Source of the DNA: the human T2T-CHM13v2.0 reference genome, Homo sapiens
Assembly (NCBI RefSeq): GCF_009914755.1
Contig: NC_060925.1
DNA: 64,000 nucleotides
Reading direction: 5' to 3' (one strand)
Shown here: one piece after another, positions 33,679-48,674 of the stretch
Position numbering within the stretch: position 1 is the first letter of the stretch
How the letters are laid out: each line of letters opens with the position of its first letter
Translations under genes and position numbers: made by a program
The notes under the pieces: generated by a model
The model's input: the letters and a program-made list of their open reading frames with translations, nothing else
The model's database searches: none
What the model was told of the DNA's origin: nothing

Positions 33679-35187
33679 TTATTAATAAAAGCTATACCAG
33701 AAAAGAAGAAAATACCAGAAGCCATACCAGAAAAGCTATACCAGAAGTGGTGCTGCAGAACTGCAAAGTCGAAGTCTAGCTCAGGTCACCAAATCAAGAG
33801 ACAGAAAGCCCTCTTCTCTGAGAAGAAACAGTCATGAACTATACTGGGAGCTCCAAGCAGCAAGTTTTGAGTTTCCCAAATTTGGCTAATACTGTCAGCT
33901 AGTCTATACGCCTAGTGGCTGGGATATGCTCCATGAACTAACAGCAGATAAGGCATTTGGAGCAGTACTACTACTTAATAGATTCACTCCTTACTCTCCA
34001 TTCCTATCACCTTAGCCCTAATTCTTTTACTTCTCATGCCTAGTCTGCTGCAACAGCCTCCCAGCTAGTATCCCAAATTCCACGGTCTTAACCCTCCAAA
34101 TATATCCTATACTTTGCTACAACTTAGTTTTCCCTCAAACCAGCTCCACAGCAATCCCCAGCTCCTCTTCACTTGGATTCTCAGCTGGCACCTCAAAAAT
34201 CAACAAATTAAAAAATGTAAAACATCACCTCATCTCCTTACCCAAACCAGGGTCCATTCACTATTTCCCTGTCCCTTAAGATGGCAGCACCATGTTTATA
34301 GTTACAAAGCTGTGAAATCTCAGAATTCTCTTTGACTCTTTCCCCTTCTTCATCCCATTATGCAATGAGTGAGGAAAGCATTTCTCCAAAATGATCTTCT
34401 GAATCCTTTCCTTTCTGTTAGCATTGTCACCATCAACTGAACCTCATCTGGACTGCTGCAACACTCTAAAATCCCTGTTTCTGCTCTCTCTCACTTCCAA
34501 TGTTTCACACACTGCCCCTAGACTAATCTTCCCTAAAGACCACTTTACCTGACTCACACACCACGTATATTAGTTCATACTTTTCCTTAAATAGAATGAC
34601 CTAAGATGGCCCACCTTGTCTTTAAAATCTCTAACTCTAAACCCGAACTGATGGGAACAGAAACTCCCAGACCAAAATGCTGTCCCTTGTCACTAAATTC
34701 CTCCAGTGCTTACAAATAAAATAGTATCTATGACTAAGATACCTAACTGTACCTGACACAAAGTAGATTTGAAACAAACTCCCAGCCTATTTTTTTCTTC
34801 TCCTTTCCCCAATGTCAGTATCATGTGTCCAACACAGTTTTTAATCATTTGATCAGTTTTTCTTCAACTTGTTACAATCAATTCTTATCTATCTTTGTAC
34901 CTCTTTATTCCCAATGGCACCTAAAAAAGAGACATAATTGCTCAGGAAATACCAACTGACTAACCTAATAAAGGGGTAGGAACTTTCCAGATTTGGCACC
35001 CAGATAGGAATTTTAGAGGGCTATAGCTTCACTTAAAGGTCCTTAATATAGGAAGGTATTGGGATTTTTTTTCTTATTTTTTTGTCTTTTTATTTTGTTC
35101 ACTTTTTAAACTTTTCACCTGTCAGAAGATACCGGGATTTTGAACCGAGATCAGAAGATGACAGAATAAGTATAAAAATGAACCTAC

Positions 35188-35281
35188 CAACTTGTTCCTG
35201 AGTTACTGTCACTGTTGGAAGAGATGTGATCTTTTCCTTGTCAGCTGGGGGAGGGCCTGTGTTTTCCAGTTGTCCTAAAAG
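35188..35281 (-). CDS. RNF115: RNF115 exon 7 ([31 protein letters not shown])
   Basis: Acceptor TTTGTAG|, donor G|GTAGGT; 94 nt; phases fit. Confidence 0.95.
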
Positions 35282-36218
35282 CTACAAAAAAAGAGAAAGA
35301 AAAAGACGAAGTGGCAGACATCGCAATATCCCTGGAGAGGGAACTGCTCCAGCTGAGAACAAACAGTGCAGACATTAGGTATGTTAGTTACTCTTACTTC
35401 TGCAAGGCTCTGAGAGGCTTGGGTTTCCCCTTTCCTGCTGCCAGAACACTCATAATTGCTTTACAATTTCAGAGTGACGTTCGTATAAGCCTACAGACAA
35501 ACCCATGATTGCAAGGCCCACCTCTAGGCATAAAGCAACTTCAGAGGCAGCAAAAGGGTTGTGGTGTCACGAGTAAAACTATAGCTTAATAAAAAGTAAA
35601 ATGTAACTGGTCCAAAAGCTTCATCTTCTGGAAGAAGAAAAAAGCGAGAGTATGAAAAGTAGCATAACGTGAGCCAAGAAATAGGTAAATTACTGCCTAT
35701 AAGACGACTGAATATAAAGGACATGCTTTCTAGTCTCAGAAATCCACAACGGAAATGAAAAACCAATCAAATTAAAATGAACATAAACAAGTGGAAGCAA
35801 TTATACATGGCATGGGAATACTTTTTTCTCTGCTTCCTTCCCCTACTTTGCTCCATCTAGCAGAAATCCCTGCTTCAACATGTGAGGAAACCCTCCTTTT
35901 TTTGTGAAATATTTGTTAATAGAATCCTTATAGAACTGAGCAAGAGAGACAAAAATACAAAATACTATTTGTTATAGAAGTCTTTTCTTCCTATGGAGGT
36001 GAAACCATCTTCTAGAAATTCCCTCAGACCTAGGAAGTGCATGGATGCTGAGCTAACCCCATAAATCATTCATCCCTTTAGTAAAATGGAAACCCCAAAG
36101 CTCAAAATATTAGAGAAAGCAGAGTGACTGCCATTTCAGAAAGTAGCAGAAGGAAAGCAGGAAGCCTGTGGAACCATGAGACACACTGAACAGACACCCT
36201 CAAAAGGCAGCTCCTCAC

Positions 36219-36291
36219 CTGGGTTACAATGGCATCAAGCCCTGTCTGACCCCAGGCATAGTCCCCAGGGTTGGAGTGCAGCATCCCGCTC
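36219..36291 (-). CDS. RNF115: RNF115 exon 6 (SGMLHSNPGDYAWGQTGLDAIVTQ)
   Basis: Acceptor GTATAG|, donor CAG|GTGAGG; 73 nt; ORF 36102..36284. Confidence 0.95.
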
Positions 36292-37316
36292 CTATACGTG
36301 AGATGAGATAGACAGCATTAGATGGAGTGACCAGGCTCTGCCTTACACCACAGAAAAAAATTGGCAGAGGGATCCTGTTCTCTCTCAGAGCTGGAAAGTC
36401 ACTAGTCCTCCAGGATCAAGAGGCAAAGAATTCTGTACATTTTCAAGATCAAACAGACTATCCAGAGATAGTACCTCATTCTCTAAGAATTTTACTTAAC
36501 TAGAACATAAAATGTGAAGCTACCTAAAGTACCACATGACACGCCAGAACAAAAAGAGTGACTCATTGCCTGTTGGTTTCAAAAATTTGTGTTTTCTGTG
36601 CCCACTGATATTAAACACAGATGGAGCTGCTTTTTAAGGAGAGTTTTCCCTTCATGACTGGTCAAAATCTACAGCAAACATCCCTCATTATAAGAGGCCG
36701 CCCACAGTTCTGGACAATGAGGAGCTTTCAAGTAGAGAAGCAGCCATAGCAGTCTCTCTGAATCACAACTTAGAGCAATTATAAAAGGGACTTGGCAACA
36801 CCGTTTTTTTTTATTTTCCCTCAGAGCTGCTGGTACACTACCAGCAGAGGTCCAGACTACTGGATGACAGAGGTCCTAAAAGGACTGAGGTTCCTTTGAG
36901 CAAAGAAACCTTCTGGGCCACAGTTAGAAGCAGCAAATAATTTCTCAGACAAGAAGAAATTCCATCTTTAATCCCATCATACATAAGTGTCACTCTGATA
37001 CTGAATTACAGCCTATTGTTTCTTCTGACAAATCCTCTTACTTTGAAAAAAATGAAGTTCAGCATAATGTTTTCAATTTCAGAAATTCTTAAGGAGTAAA
37101 ATATTCCTGTGTAGTCTACTGGGGAAACCCACAAATCAGATACCAAGCCTGGCAGGGACCATCTCATTCTCTACCTCAATACAACTCTCAGACCTGAATA
37201 TAAAAGGAATCAAGACATTTCTAGCACCCAAACATCCTGGGGGACCAGGACGGCCTTCCTGAGCCTGAATAATAATAAAAAAAAAAGTTCTGATTAAGTT
37301 TGGGCTTAGCAGATAA

Positions 37317-37673
<357 letters not shown>

Positions 37674-37764
37674 TATGCAGCTCTTTTTCTCTACTGCACA
37701 GAAATGACAGCACCTAAAATATGTCACTCCAATAGAGTAAGATAGAAAACAATTAGTTACTTAC

Positions 37765-37836
37765 CAGGAAAAAGGGTGTGGAGATCCAGGAATGGCAGAA
37801 TTTGCAAAGAATCCTGCAAAGATGTGTTGTAGTATT
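37765..37836 (-). CDS. RNF115: RNF115 exon 5 (ILQHIFAGFFANSAIPGSPHPFS)
   Basis: Acceptor TAACAG|, donor TG|GTAAGT; 72 nt; phase 2-2. Confidence 0.95.
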
Positions 37837-38407
37837 CTGTTACAGAAGAAAAAATTAGATAAGACAACAGACTAATGAAAAGTACTCTACAGATATCCAT
37901 GGCTGCCTAATCACCAACTAATTCCCTAAACCAAAATGGCTTTTCATTGGCTAGTACACAAGAGACAGCATCAGAAATCAGCCTGCCACACAGCGGTGTG
38001 CTATTTTGCTATTATGGCTATCTTCCTGAGCTCTGCTATCTTACAGATTAATAGATTTTTGTGAATTAAGCTGGAAAGGGATCTGATGGTATGGTATAGT
38101 TTTTCAAACTATGTTCCCTGAATATCTGACATCAACATAAGGAAGGGTTAAAAGGGATGCCGAGCCAGTGGAACTCTGGACCCACCTCCCTTTAACAAGG
38201 GTAGTTCCATTTTTGTATGTTGTACACATTGGGTTTCTGAATAAGATATCATTTAAAGAGTCCTTTAAAAAAAAGTTTAAGCAATAATTCTATGTTAAGG
38301 TTGTTTCAGATGATTATAACACAAACACATATAAACACACACATGCTTAGCATTTGTCACTCTGAATACTTAAGATGGCACAGGTACACAGTTCTTTACA
38401 CGAATGA

Positions 38408-38794
<387 letters not shown>

Positions 38795-38954
38795 AATGAT
38801 ATGCAATTTTAAGTCCCTGGTTCCCACTTTACTTATTAGGCCAATTAATATAACAATGGCAATAGCCAACATTAGACTTTCCCTGCTACTAAAGTTCAAC
38901 AGCAGCTAACTACACTATTCCGTTTGTTTGCTTGCTTTTTTGTATTATTTTTCA

Positions 38955-39580
<626 letters not shown>

Positions 39581-39678
39581 TTCTTTTTTTTAGAATGCTT
39601 CGTGTTGTTTTAAAAATATGTCCAAAAATTATTTGATAATCTTCCCTTCAGTGTGGGCTGGACTTAGTGACTCACTTA

Positions 39679-40030
<352 letters not shown>

Positions 40031-40959
40031 GGTGGGGGGCGGGGGGCAGTGCTTTCTCCTTGTACTTCTGTCGGATCAATCACTTGCTCTGGGAGAGTGC
40101 CATATCAAGCAGTCCTATAGAAAGGTCCATGTGATGAGGAACTGAGTACTGCCAACAGCCAGAACAAACCTGCCAGAATATGTGTAAAGCCTAGTCAATC
40201 CTATACTGCAGCAATGGCCAACATCTTGACTATAAGCTCATGAAATCCTGGGCCAGAACCACTCAGCCATGCTACTCCCAACTGAACCTGTTCCTGACCC
40301 AGTGAATCTGTGAGATAATAAATATTTGTTGTTTTAAGCCACTAAGCTCTGAGATAATTTGTTATATGGCAATAGATAATATACAGATTTCGATATCTGG
40401 ATACCGGTGCCGCCACAATAAAGACCCAAAACTTGAGAGTATCTTTGGAACCCAGCAGTGGGGCAGAAGTTAAAAGGACTTTGAGGAGAGCATCAGTGAA
40501 GTTTGAAGAGCCTTAAAAAAAAACAGAAGCACTATGGCCTTTGAGGAAGTTAAAGGTGAGAGATTAAGAAAAGGCAGAAAAAATCTGATTAGAAACTGGA
40601 GGGAAAAGGATCCTTGTTATATAATGGCAAAGCTGTGGCCTTACCATAACATGGAAAGTAGATGTTGTGGTCCAAAAACTGGTTGATAATCTAGCTAAAG
40701 TGATTTCACTTTTGAAAGTACCTCCTGGCTTCTTGCTGCTTACTTTAAAATGCAAAAGAGGGATGAATTAAAGGAAGAACAGTTAAACAAAAAGGACAGA
40801 ATTATATAATTCTGAGAATTCCCAGCATCTCCAGATTAGTAAATGACACTAAAATTAAGAGATTTCAAGCAAAGATCGAATCCAAGGCACTGCCAAAAGA
40901 CTGATTTCAGATGAAGCCAAGGATCAGACTATAACACTTCTTTGTTAAGACCTCAGAAA

Positions 40960-41260
<301 letters not shown>

Positions 41261-41332
41261 CAACCTCACAAAGATCTAGAATGGTACCTAAAGAATCATT
41301 CAATTAGAAAATCGGACTAAGAAGCTTAAGGG

Positions 41333-42111
41333 TGTTATGTTAGTTTCCTAGGGCTGCTATAACAAACTACCACAAACTGGGTAGCTTAAAACAAAAGGAA
41401 TTTATTCGTTCACTGATGTGGGTGTCAGTAGGGTTAGTTCCTTCAGGAAGTTCTGAGGGAGATCAATTCCATGATTCTCTCTGGCTTCTGGTGATGTTTG
41501 ACAGCAATCTTTGCCATTCCTTGATTTGTAGATGTATGCCCCCCACAACCTCTGCCTCTGTCATCACATGGCTTTCTTCTGTCTTCTGTGTTCATGTGTT
41601 CATGTCCAAATTTCTAGCTTCTTTTTTTTTTTTTTTTTTTTTTTTTTTGAGGCAGAGTCTCACTCTCGCCCAGGCCAGAGTGCAGTGGTGCGATCTCAGC
41701 TCACTGCAACCTCTGCCTCCAGGTTTAAGCAATTCTCACGCCTCGGCCTCCTGAGTAGCTGGGATTACAGGCATGGGCCACCACGCCTGGCTAATTTTTG
41801 TATTTTTAGTAGACACGGGGTTTTACCACATTGGCCAGGCTGGTCTCGAACTTCTGACCTCAGGTGATCCTCCCACCTTGGCCTCCCAAAGTGCTGAGAT
41901 TACAGGAGTAAGCCACCGCACCCAGCCAAATTTCTCTCCTTATAAGACTATCAACCGTTGGATTAGGGCCCTTCCTGATCCAGTGTGATCTTACTATAAC
42001 TTGACTACATCTGTAATGACCCTATTTCCAAATAAGGTCATATTCACGGTGACCTTATCAGGGTTAGGACTTGAACACAGCTTTTTGGGGGACACAATTC
42101 TACCCATTACA
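41333..42111 (-). mobile_element. MLT1 (B/C-like) solo LTR, interrupted by an Alu
   Basis: TTAGTTTCCTAGGGCTGCTATAACAAA...GGGGGACACAATTC. Confidence 0.7.
41622..41927 (-). mobile_element. Alu
   Basis: Long poly(T) and dimer. Confidence 0.92.
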
Positions 42112-43879
42112 AGTGGTATCTCTCAGCAATCCCAGCAGAAACCCAAGGTGGAAAAAGCCTATTTAGAAGAGATTGGTGGATGTGGCTTTTGCCTAATGGC
42201 ATGAATCCCAGTGAGATTCACAGGATACTCGAAGTTTTAAAAAGAAACACTGCCAGCTTAAACTGAAAGGTGGAAAAATAGTACAAAATGAAAACCGGTC
42301 TCTGGGCCCTGAAATTTCTACTGGCAAGAAGCAAGCTAAGAAAGCTATGCAGCTACAAATATGAACTACTTTTAATGGAAAAGAAAGGATGACTAACAGG
42401 GTGGATTCCAGAGTCACAGAGAAGAACTCCTGGGCAGAAGTAGAAGTCCTAGTCAAGGAACTTCTGACATTTGTCTAGACAACTATCAGAATTGCTGTGA
42501 ACCAGCAACTTCTTTGTGCCATCATTTTCCCTTTTGGAACAGGAAATCTCTATACCTGTTCAGAATCACTGCCTGTCCATATCACTGTATGTTGGGTGTG
42601 TGATAGGTAGTTAACCTGTCTCTTTAGTTTACAGGTCTTCACAACAAAAGGAACTATACCTGAGGAACTATACCCAAGGAGCCACACCCACACTTGGACC
42701 TAGTTAAAAGGACAGCTACCTATATTTCAAGCTGATGCTATAGAAGAAGGAGACTTTTTTGATAGATTTCGGGAGGAAGTGAGTGCATTTTGCACATAGA
42801 AGAAGTGTAAATAATTTGTGGCTAGAGGGCAAACTGTGGTGATTTTAAAATACATCCATAAATTCTCTAGAGGTGGAGCTAATTCTCTTCTCCTTGAATG
42901 TAGGCTAGATTTAGTGATTCACCTCTTACAGACAAAATGTAGCAGGAATGACAGTGTGTGACTTCCAAAATTAGGATATAAAAAGATATTATGGGTTTTT
43001 TTCCTGCTTCCTCTATCATTCTCTTGGATCACTAACTCCAAGAGAAGCTAGCTGCCAAGTAATATGGACATTCAAGGAGCCCTATGGAGAGGCCCAGATG
43101 GTGAGGAACTAAGGCCTCCTGCCAACAGTCATGTGAGTGAGCCATCTTGGAAGTGGATGTTCCAGGTCCAGTTAAGTGTTCGGTTGACTGTAGCCACAGC
43201 TGACATGTTGATTATAACCTCATGAAGCCCTTCACCAGAACCATCTAGCTAAATTGCTCCCAAATTCCTGACCCTCAAAAATATTGAGATAATAAATATT
43301 GTCATAAGCTGTTAAATTCTGGGGTAAAGTGTTACACAGCAATAGGTAACTAATATATACCCACCTATTTGTCAGTGACAAGAAGGGCAAATTATCTTAT
43401 GCTTACACTGACCAATAAGTAAATGGTAATAATCAAGTTTGAGAGATAGCCTAGTTCTTGAAGCTGTAAAAGTCAATCCTATATGAATGCTTGGAATTAC
43501 GAGGGACAACTCACCAGCAGCTGATCAGCTGATGATTTCTCTTTCTTGGCTACTTACTCTCTGGAAGTCAGATGTTAGTCCCATGTTTCTGTAGCAGTAA
43601 CAGAGACTGCTGAGGGTGGCCCCAATGCATAAGAGCTGTTGCTCGGAGAACAATAGTTGACAGAGTATTTACAATGAATTTTGTTTATTAAAAAAAAATC
43701 TTTTCTTGTTAAAGCTAAATGTCTGGGGAAGATGTGGAGGGAAGGAAGATAGTGTATACATTTAATTTTAGAAACTCACAGACGAGAAAAATCAACCCAC
43801 TGGGTCTGGAAGGGAAGTCACATGCTAAAACCAGGTAAGAGTCTTCACATAGTTTCCAGAGCTGTAGCCTCTCTAGGTT

Positions 43880-44930
43880 TTCCTTGTACTTCCCTGGCTG
43901 TTTCTTCTCAGTCTCCTTTGCTTATTCTTCCTTATCTTCCAAACTTCTAACCATCGAGGGCCCAGGCCTCAATTCTCTGAGCTCTGCTATTTCCTATCTT
44001 GACTTCTTTGACCACTTTATCCAGCTTTATAATTTTAAATATCATATATAGGCCACAACTTCCAAATATTATCTCCAGCCAAGACCTCTGCCTATTCAAC
44101 ATTTCCACTTGTATAATAAGCACCTCAAACTTATTATGTCCCAAACTGAATGAACTCTTAAATATTTTCCTCCAAACTTACTCCTCCTAATGTTCCCCAT
44201 GTCAGTGGATGGTGGCTCCATTCTTCTTGTTTTCAGGCCAAAAACCTTGGTGTCATAACTCTTCTTTCTGTTACACCCCACATCCAATCTGTCAGTAACT
44301 CCTATCATGAATATTGCCAAACTGCATCTGAAACCAAACCATTTTTCACTGCTCTCACCCAAACCACTGGCATCTCTAGCTTATATTAATGCAATAGCCT
44401 CTTAAATGGTTTCTCTGCTGTGTCTTTGCCTCGCACACCTCGCAGCCCCCCATTCTATTTTCAGCACAGCAGTTAGAGCAATCATTTCAAGATATAAATG
44501 ACACCTAACTCTCCATTGGAACAGAAGCTCTTATAATTGCCAACTAGGCTTCATATAATCTAATACCCACCTCCCCATTCCCACTCCCATCAACTTCTCC
44601 TACCATTCCCCTCACCTTCTCTGCCCTACATTGGTCTCTCCTTGTTTGTCCATCCCTACACTTCCTTGGTGTCTATTCAGATACTTTCTCAATAAGACAT
44701 TTGCTGACTATGCTCTTTTTGAAACTTCACTTCAACCATATTCCCTATCTCCCATCCCTGCTTTTCTTCCACCATAGCACTTACTACTGCTTAAAATTCT
44801 ATTTATTTTGATCATCTATCTTTCTCCATTAGTACTTAAGCTCCACGAGGGCAGTCATTCTTGACTATTTATTGACTACTGTATGCCCAACATCTGGCAC
44901 ACAGTAATACACAATGTCTGCTGAATAAAT
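43880..44930. mobile_element. L2 fragment
   Basis: Pyrimidine-rich degenerate L2 with a TGAATAAAT-type 3' end. Confidence 0.6.
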
Positions 44931-44947
44931 TAAGAGACCTCTTATGG

Positions 44948-45140
44948 GGCCAGGCAGAGTGGCTCACACCTGTAATCCCAGCACATTGGAAGGCCAAGAC
45001 AGGAATACAAGACTAGCCTGGACAACATAAGGAGACCCCATCTCTACAAAAAAAATTTAAAAATTAGCTGGGCCTAGTGCTGCACACCTGTGGTCCTAGA
45101 TGCTTAGGAAGCTGAGATGGGAAGATCACTTGAGCCCAGG
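44948..45140 (+). mobile_element. Alu, deleted/truncated
   Basis: Partial dimer. Confidence 0.8.
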
Positions 45141-45176
45141 AAAAAATTAATTAAGAAACCTCCCCTAGATGGGCTC

Positions 45177-47250
45177 TGATATGGTTTGGCTGTGTCTCCA
45201 CCCAAATCTCAGCTTGAATTGTATCTCCCAGAATTCCCACATGCTGTGAGAGGGACCCTGGGGGAGGTAATTGAATCATGGAGGCCGATCTTTCCCATGC
45301 TATTCTCATGACAGTAAGTCTCATGAGATCTGATGGGTTTATCAGGGGTTTCTGCTTTTGCTTCTTCCTCATTTCTCTTGCCGCCGCCATGTAAGAAGTG
45401 CCTTTCACCTCCCACCATGATTAAGAGGCCTCCCCAGCCATGTGGAACTGTAAGTCCAATTAAAGCTCTTTTTCTTCCCAGTCTTGGGTATGTCTTTATC
45501 AGCAGCGTGAAAATGGACTAATATAGTAAATTGGTGCCAGGAGTGGGGCATTGCTGAAGAGATACCAAAAATGTGGAATTGACTTTGGAACTAAGGAACA
45601 GGCAGAAGTTGGAACAGTTTGAAGGGCTCAGAAGAAGACAAGAAAATGTGGGAAAATTTGGAACTTCCTAGAGACTTGTTCAATGGCTTTGCCCAAAATG
45701 CTAATAGTGATATGGACAATAAGGTCCAGGCTGAGGTGGTCTCAGATGGAGATAAGAAACTTGTTGGGAACTGGAGCAAAGAAGACTCTTGTTATGTTTT
45801 AACAAAGAGACTGGCAGCATTTTGCCCCTGCCCTACAGATTTGTGGAACTTTGAACTTGAGAGAGATGATTCAGAATATCTGGTGGAAGAAACTTCTAAG
45901 CAGCAAAGCATTCAGGAGGTAACTTGGGTGCTGTTAACCAGTTTTATAAGGGAAGCAGAGCATAAAAATTTGGAAAATTTGTAGCCTATGTGACAAAAAA
46001 GAAAAACCCATTTTTTGAGGGGAAATTCAAGCCAGCTGCAGAAATTTGCATAAGTAGCAAGGAGCCTAATGTTAATCCCCAAGACCACAGGCAAAATGTC
46101 TCCAGGCCCTGTTAGAGACCTTCACAGCAGCCCCTCCCATCACAGGCCCAGAGACCCAAGAGGAAAAAGTGGTTTTGTGGGCTGGGCCCAGGGTCCCCGT
46201 GCTGTGTGCAGCCTAGGGACTTGGTGCCCTGTGTCCCAGTTGCTCCAGCCATGGCTGAAAGGGGCCAACATAGAGCTTGGGTTGTGGCTTCAGAGAGTGC
46301 AAGCCCAAAGCCTTGGCAGCGTCCATGTGGTGCTGAGCCTGCGAGTGCACTGAAGACAAGAACTGAGGTTTGGGAACCTCCGCCTAGATTTCAGAAGATG
46401 TATGGAAACACCCGGATGCCCAGGCAAAAGTTTGCTGCAGGGGCGGAGCCCTCATGGAGAACCTCTGCTAGGGCGGTGCGGAAGGAAAATGTGGGGTGGG
46501 AGCCCCCACACAGAGTCCCTACTGGGGAACTGCCTAGCGGATCTGTGAGAAGTGGGCCACCATCTTCCAGATCCCAGAATGGTAGATCCACTGACAGCTT
46601 GCACCAATGCGCCTGGAAAAGCCACAGACACTCAACACCAGCCAGTGAAAGCAGCCGGGAGGGAGGTTGGACCCCGCAAAGCTACAGGGGTGGAGCTGCC
46701 CAAGACCACGGGAACCCACCTTTTGCATCAGCATGACCTGGATGTGAGACTTGGACTCAAAGGAGATGATTTTGGAGCTTCAAAATTTGACTGTCCTGCT
46801 GGATTTTGGACATGCATGGGACCTGTAACCCCTTTGTTCTGGCCAATTTCTCCCATTTGGAATGGCCGTATTTACGAAATACCTGTACCTCCATTGTATC
46901 TAGGAAGTAACTAGCTTGCTTTTGATTTTACAGGCTCACAGGCAGAAGGGACTTGCCTTATCTCAGATGAGACTTTGGACTTCAGACTTTTGGGTTAATG
47001 CCTAAATGAATTAAGACTTTGGGGGACTGCTGGGAATGCATGACTGGTTTTGAAATGTGAAGACATGAGATTTGGAGGGGCCAGGGGCAGAATGACATGG
47101 TTTGGCTGCTGCCATGTTAGAAGTGCCTTAGCCTCCCACCATGATTCTGAGGCCTTCTCAGCCATGTGGAACTATTAAATCCAATTAAACCTCTTTTTCT
47201 TCCCAGTCTCAGGTATGTCTTTATCAGTAGTGTGAAAACAGACTAATACA
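45177..47250 (+). mobile_element. THE1A-type MaLR element: 5' LTR 45177-45525, internal region, internally deleted 3' LTR 47093-47250
   Basis: TGATATGGTTTGGCTG start and GACTAATACA end; TSD GGCTC/GGCCC. Confidence 0.9.
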
Positions 47251-47611
47251 GGCCCCAATCAAATGTATCTTGAAAGATATATACAATCTATTAAGATAAA
47301 AAAGATTATAAAATATGTGTAGTATAATCAATTCAATTTCAATTATATAGATGTAATTATCATATATATGTATTTAAAAAGGTCTACAAGATTATACATC
47401 AAGGTGTAACTATGGCTATTTCTGGATAAGGCTGTCTTTTTATTCCATACCAAAACAAATTTTTTTTAATAAGAAAAAAAAAAGTTAACCAAAAAAAGTC
47501 AGTTCTCAAAATCTGAGATGTGATCAGTGGTCAGAAATCTATGGTCCAAGAACCTAGGGTTAATTTCAGAAGAACATATTCTCTAGGTGGGAAATCTTAA
47601 AACATATTCTT

Positions 47612-48025
47612 TACATAGCCATAAAAAAGAACGAAATCATGTCCTTTGCAGCAACATGAATATAGCTGGAGGTCATTAGCCTAAGCAACTTAACACAGAA
47701 AACAGAAATACCACATGTTCTCACTTATACATGGGAACTAAACATTGGGTACACAAGGACACAAAGTAAGGAATAATAAACACTGGAGATCACAAAAGGG
47801 AGAGGGAGGGAGAAGGGCAAAGGTTGAGAAACTACCTATAGGTACTATGTTCACTGCTTAGGCCATGGGATCATTAGAAGCCCAAACCCCAGCATCACAC
47901 AATATACCCGTGTAATAAACCTGCTGTTTTGTGAGTTACCAGGAAAGCAAATTTTTAAAAATTAAAAAATAAAAACCAAACCTGTACACGTACCCCCGAA
48001 TCTAAAATAAAAATAATAAATTTTT
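47612..48025 (+). mobile_element. L1PB/L1MA 3' end
   Basis: AGCCATAAAAAAGAACGAAATCATGTCCTTTGCAGCAACATG...AATAAAA. Confidence 0.8.
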
Positions 48026-48207
48026 AAAAGAACGTATTATTTAGGTGGGACACCTTCTTAGAAGTAATGTACCCTACAAAGCGAATCAGAAACAGCTTAC
48101 TGCTAAAATCAAAGAGGCTTCCTTTATATAACCAGGAAGGAGACTAAACTACCAAGCTAAAGTGTAACAAAAAAACAAAAGAGTAAAGCACAATAAAATA
48201 AAAATGG

Positions 48208-48633
<426 letters not shown>

Positions 48634-48674
48634 CTAACAAGCATTAATATTTTACCGTCTTAAAAAAATATTTG

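Noticed and set aside
45619-46914. ORFs of 94-176 aa
   Set aside because: They lie within the THE1A internal region and are frameshifted MaLR remnants, not a host gene
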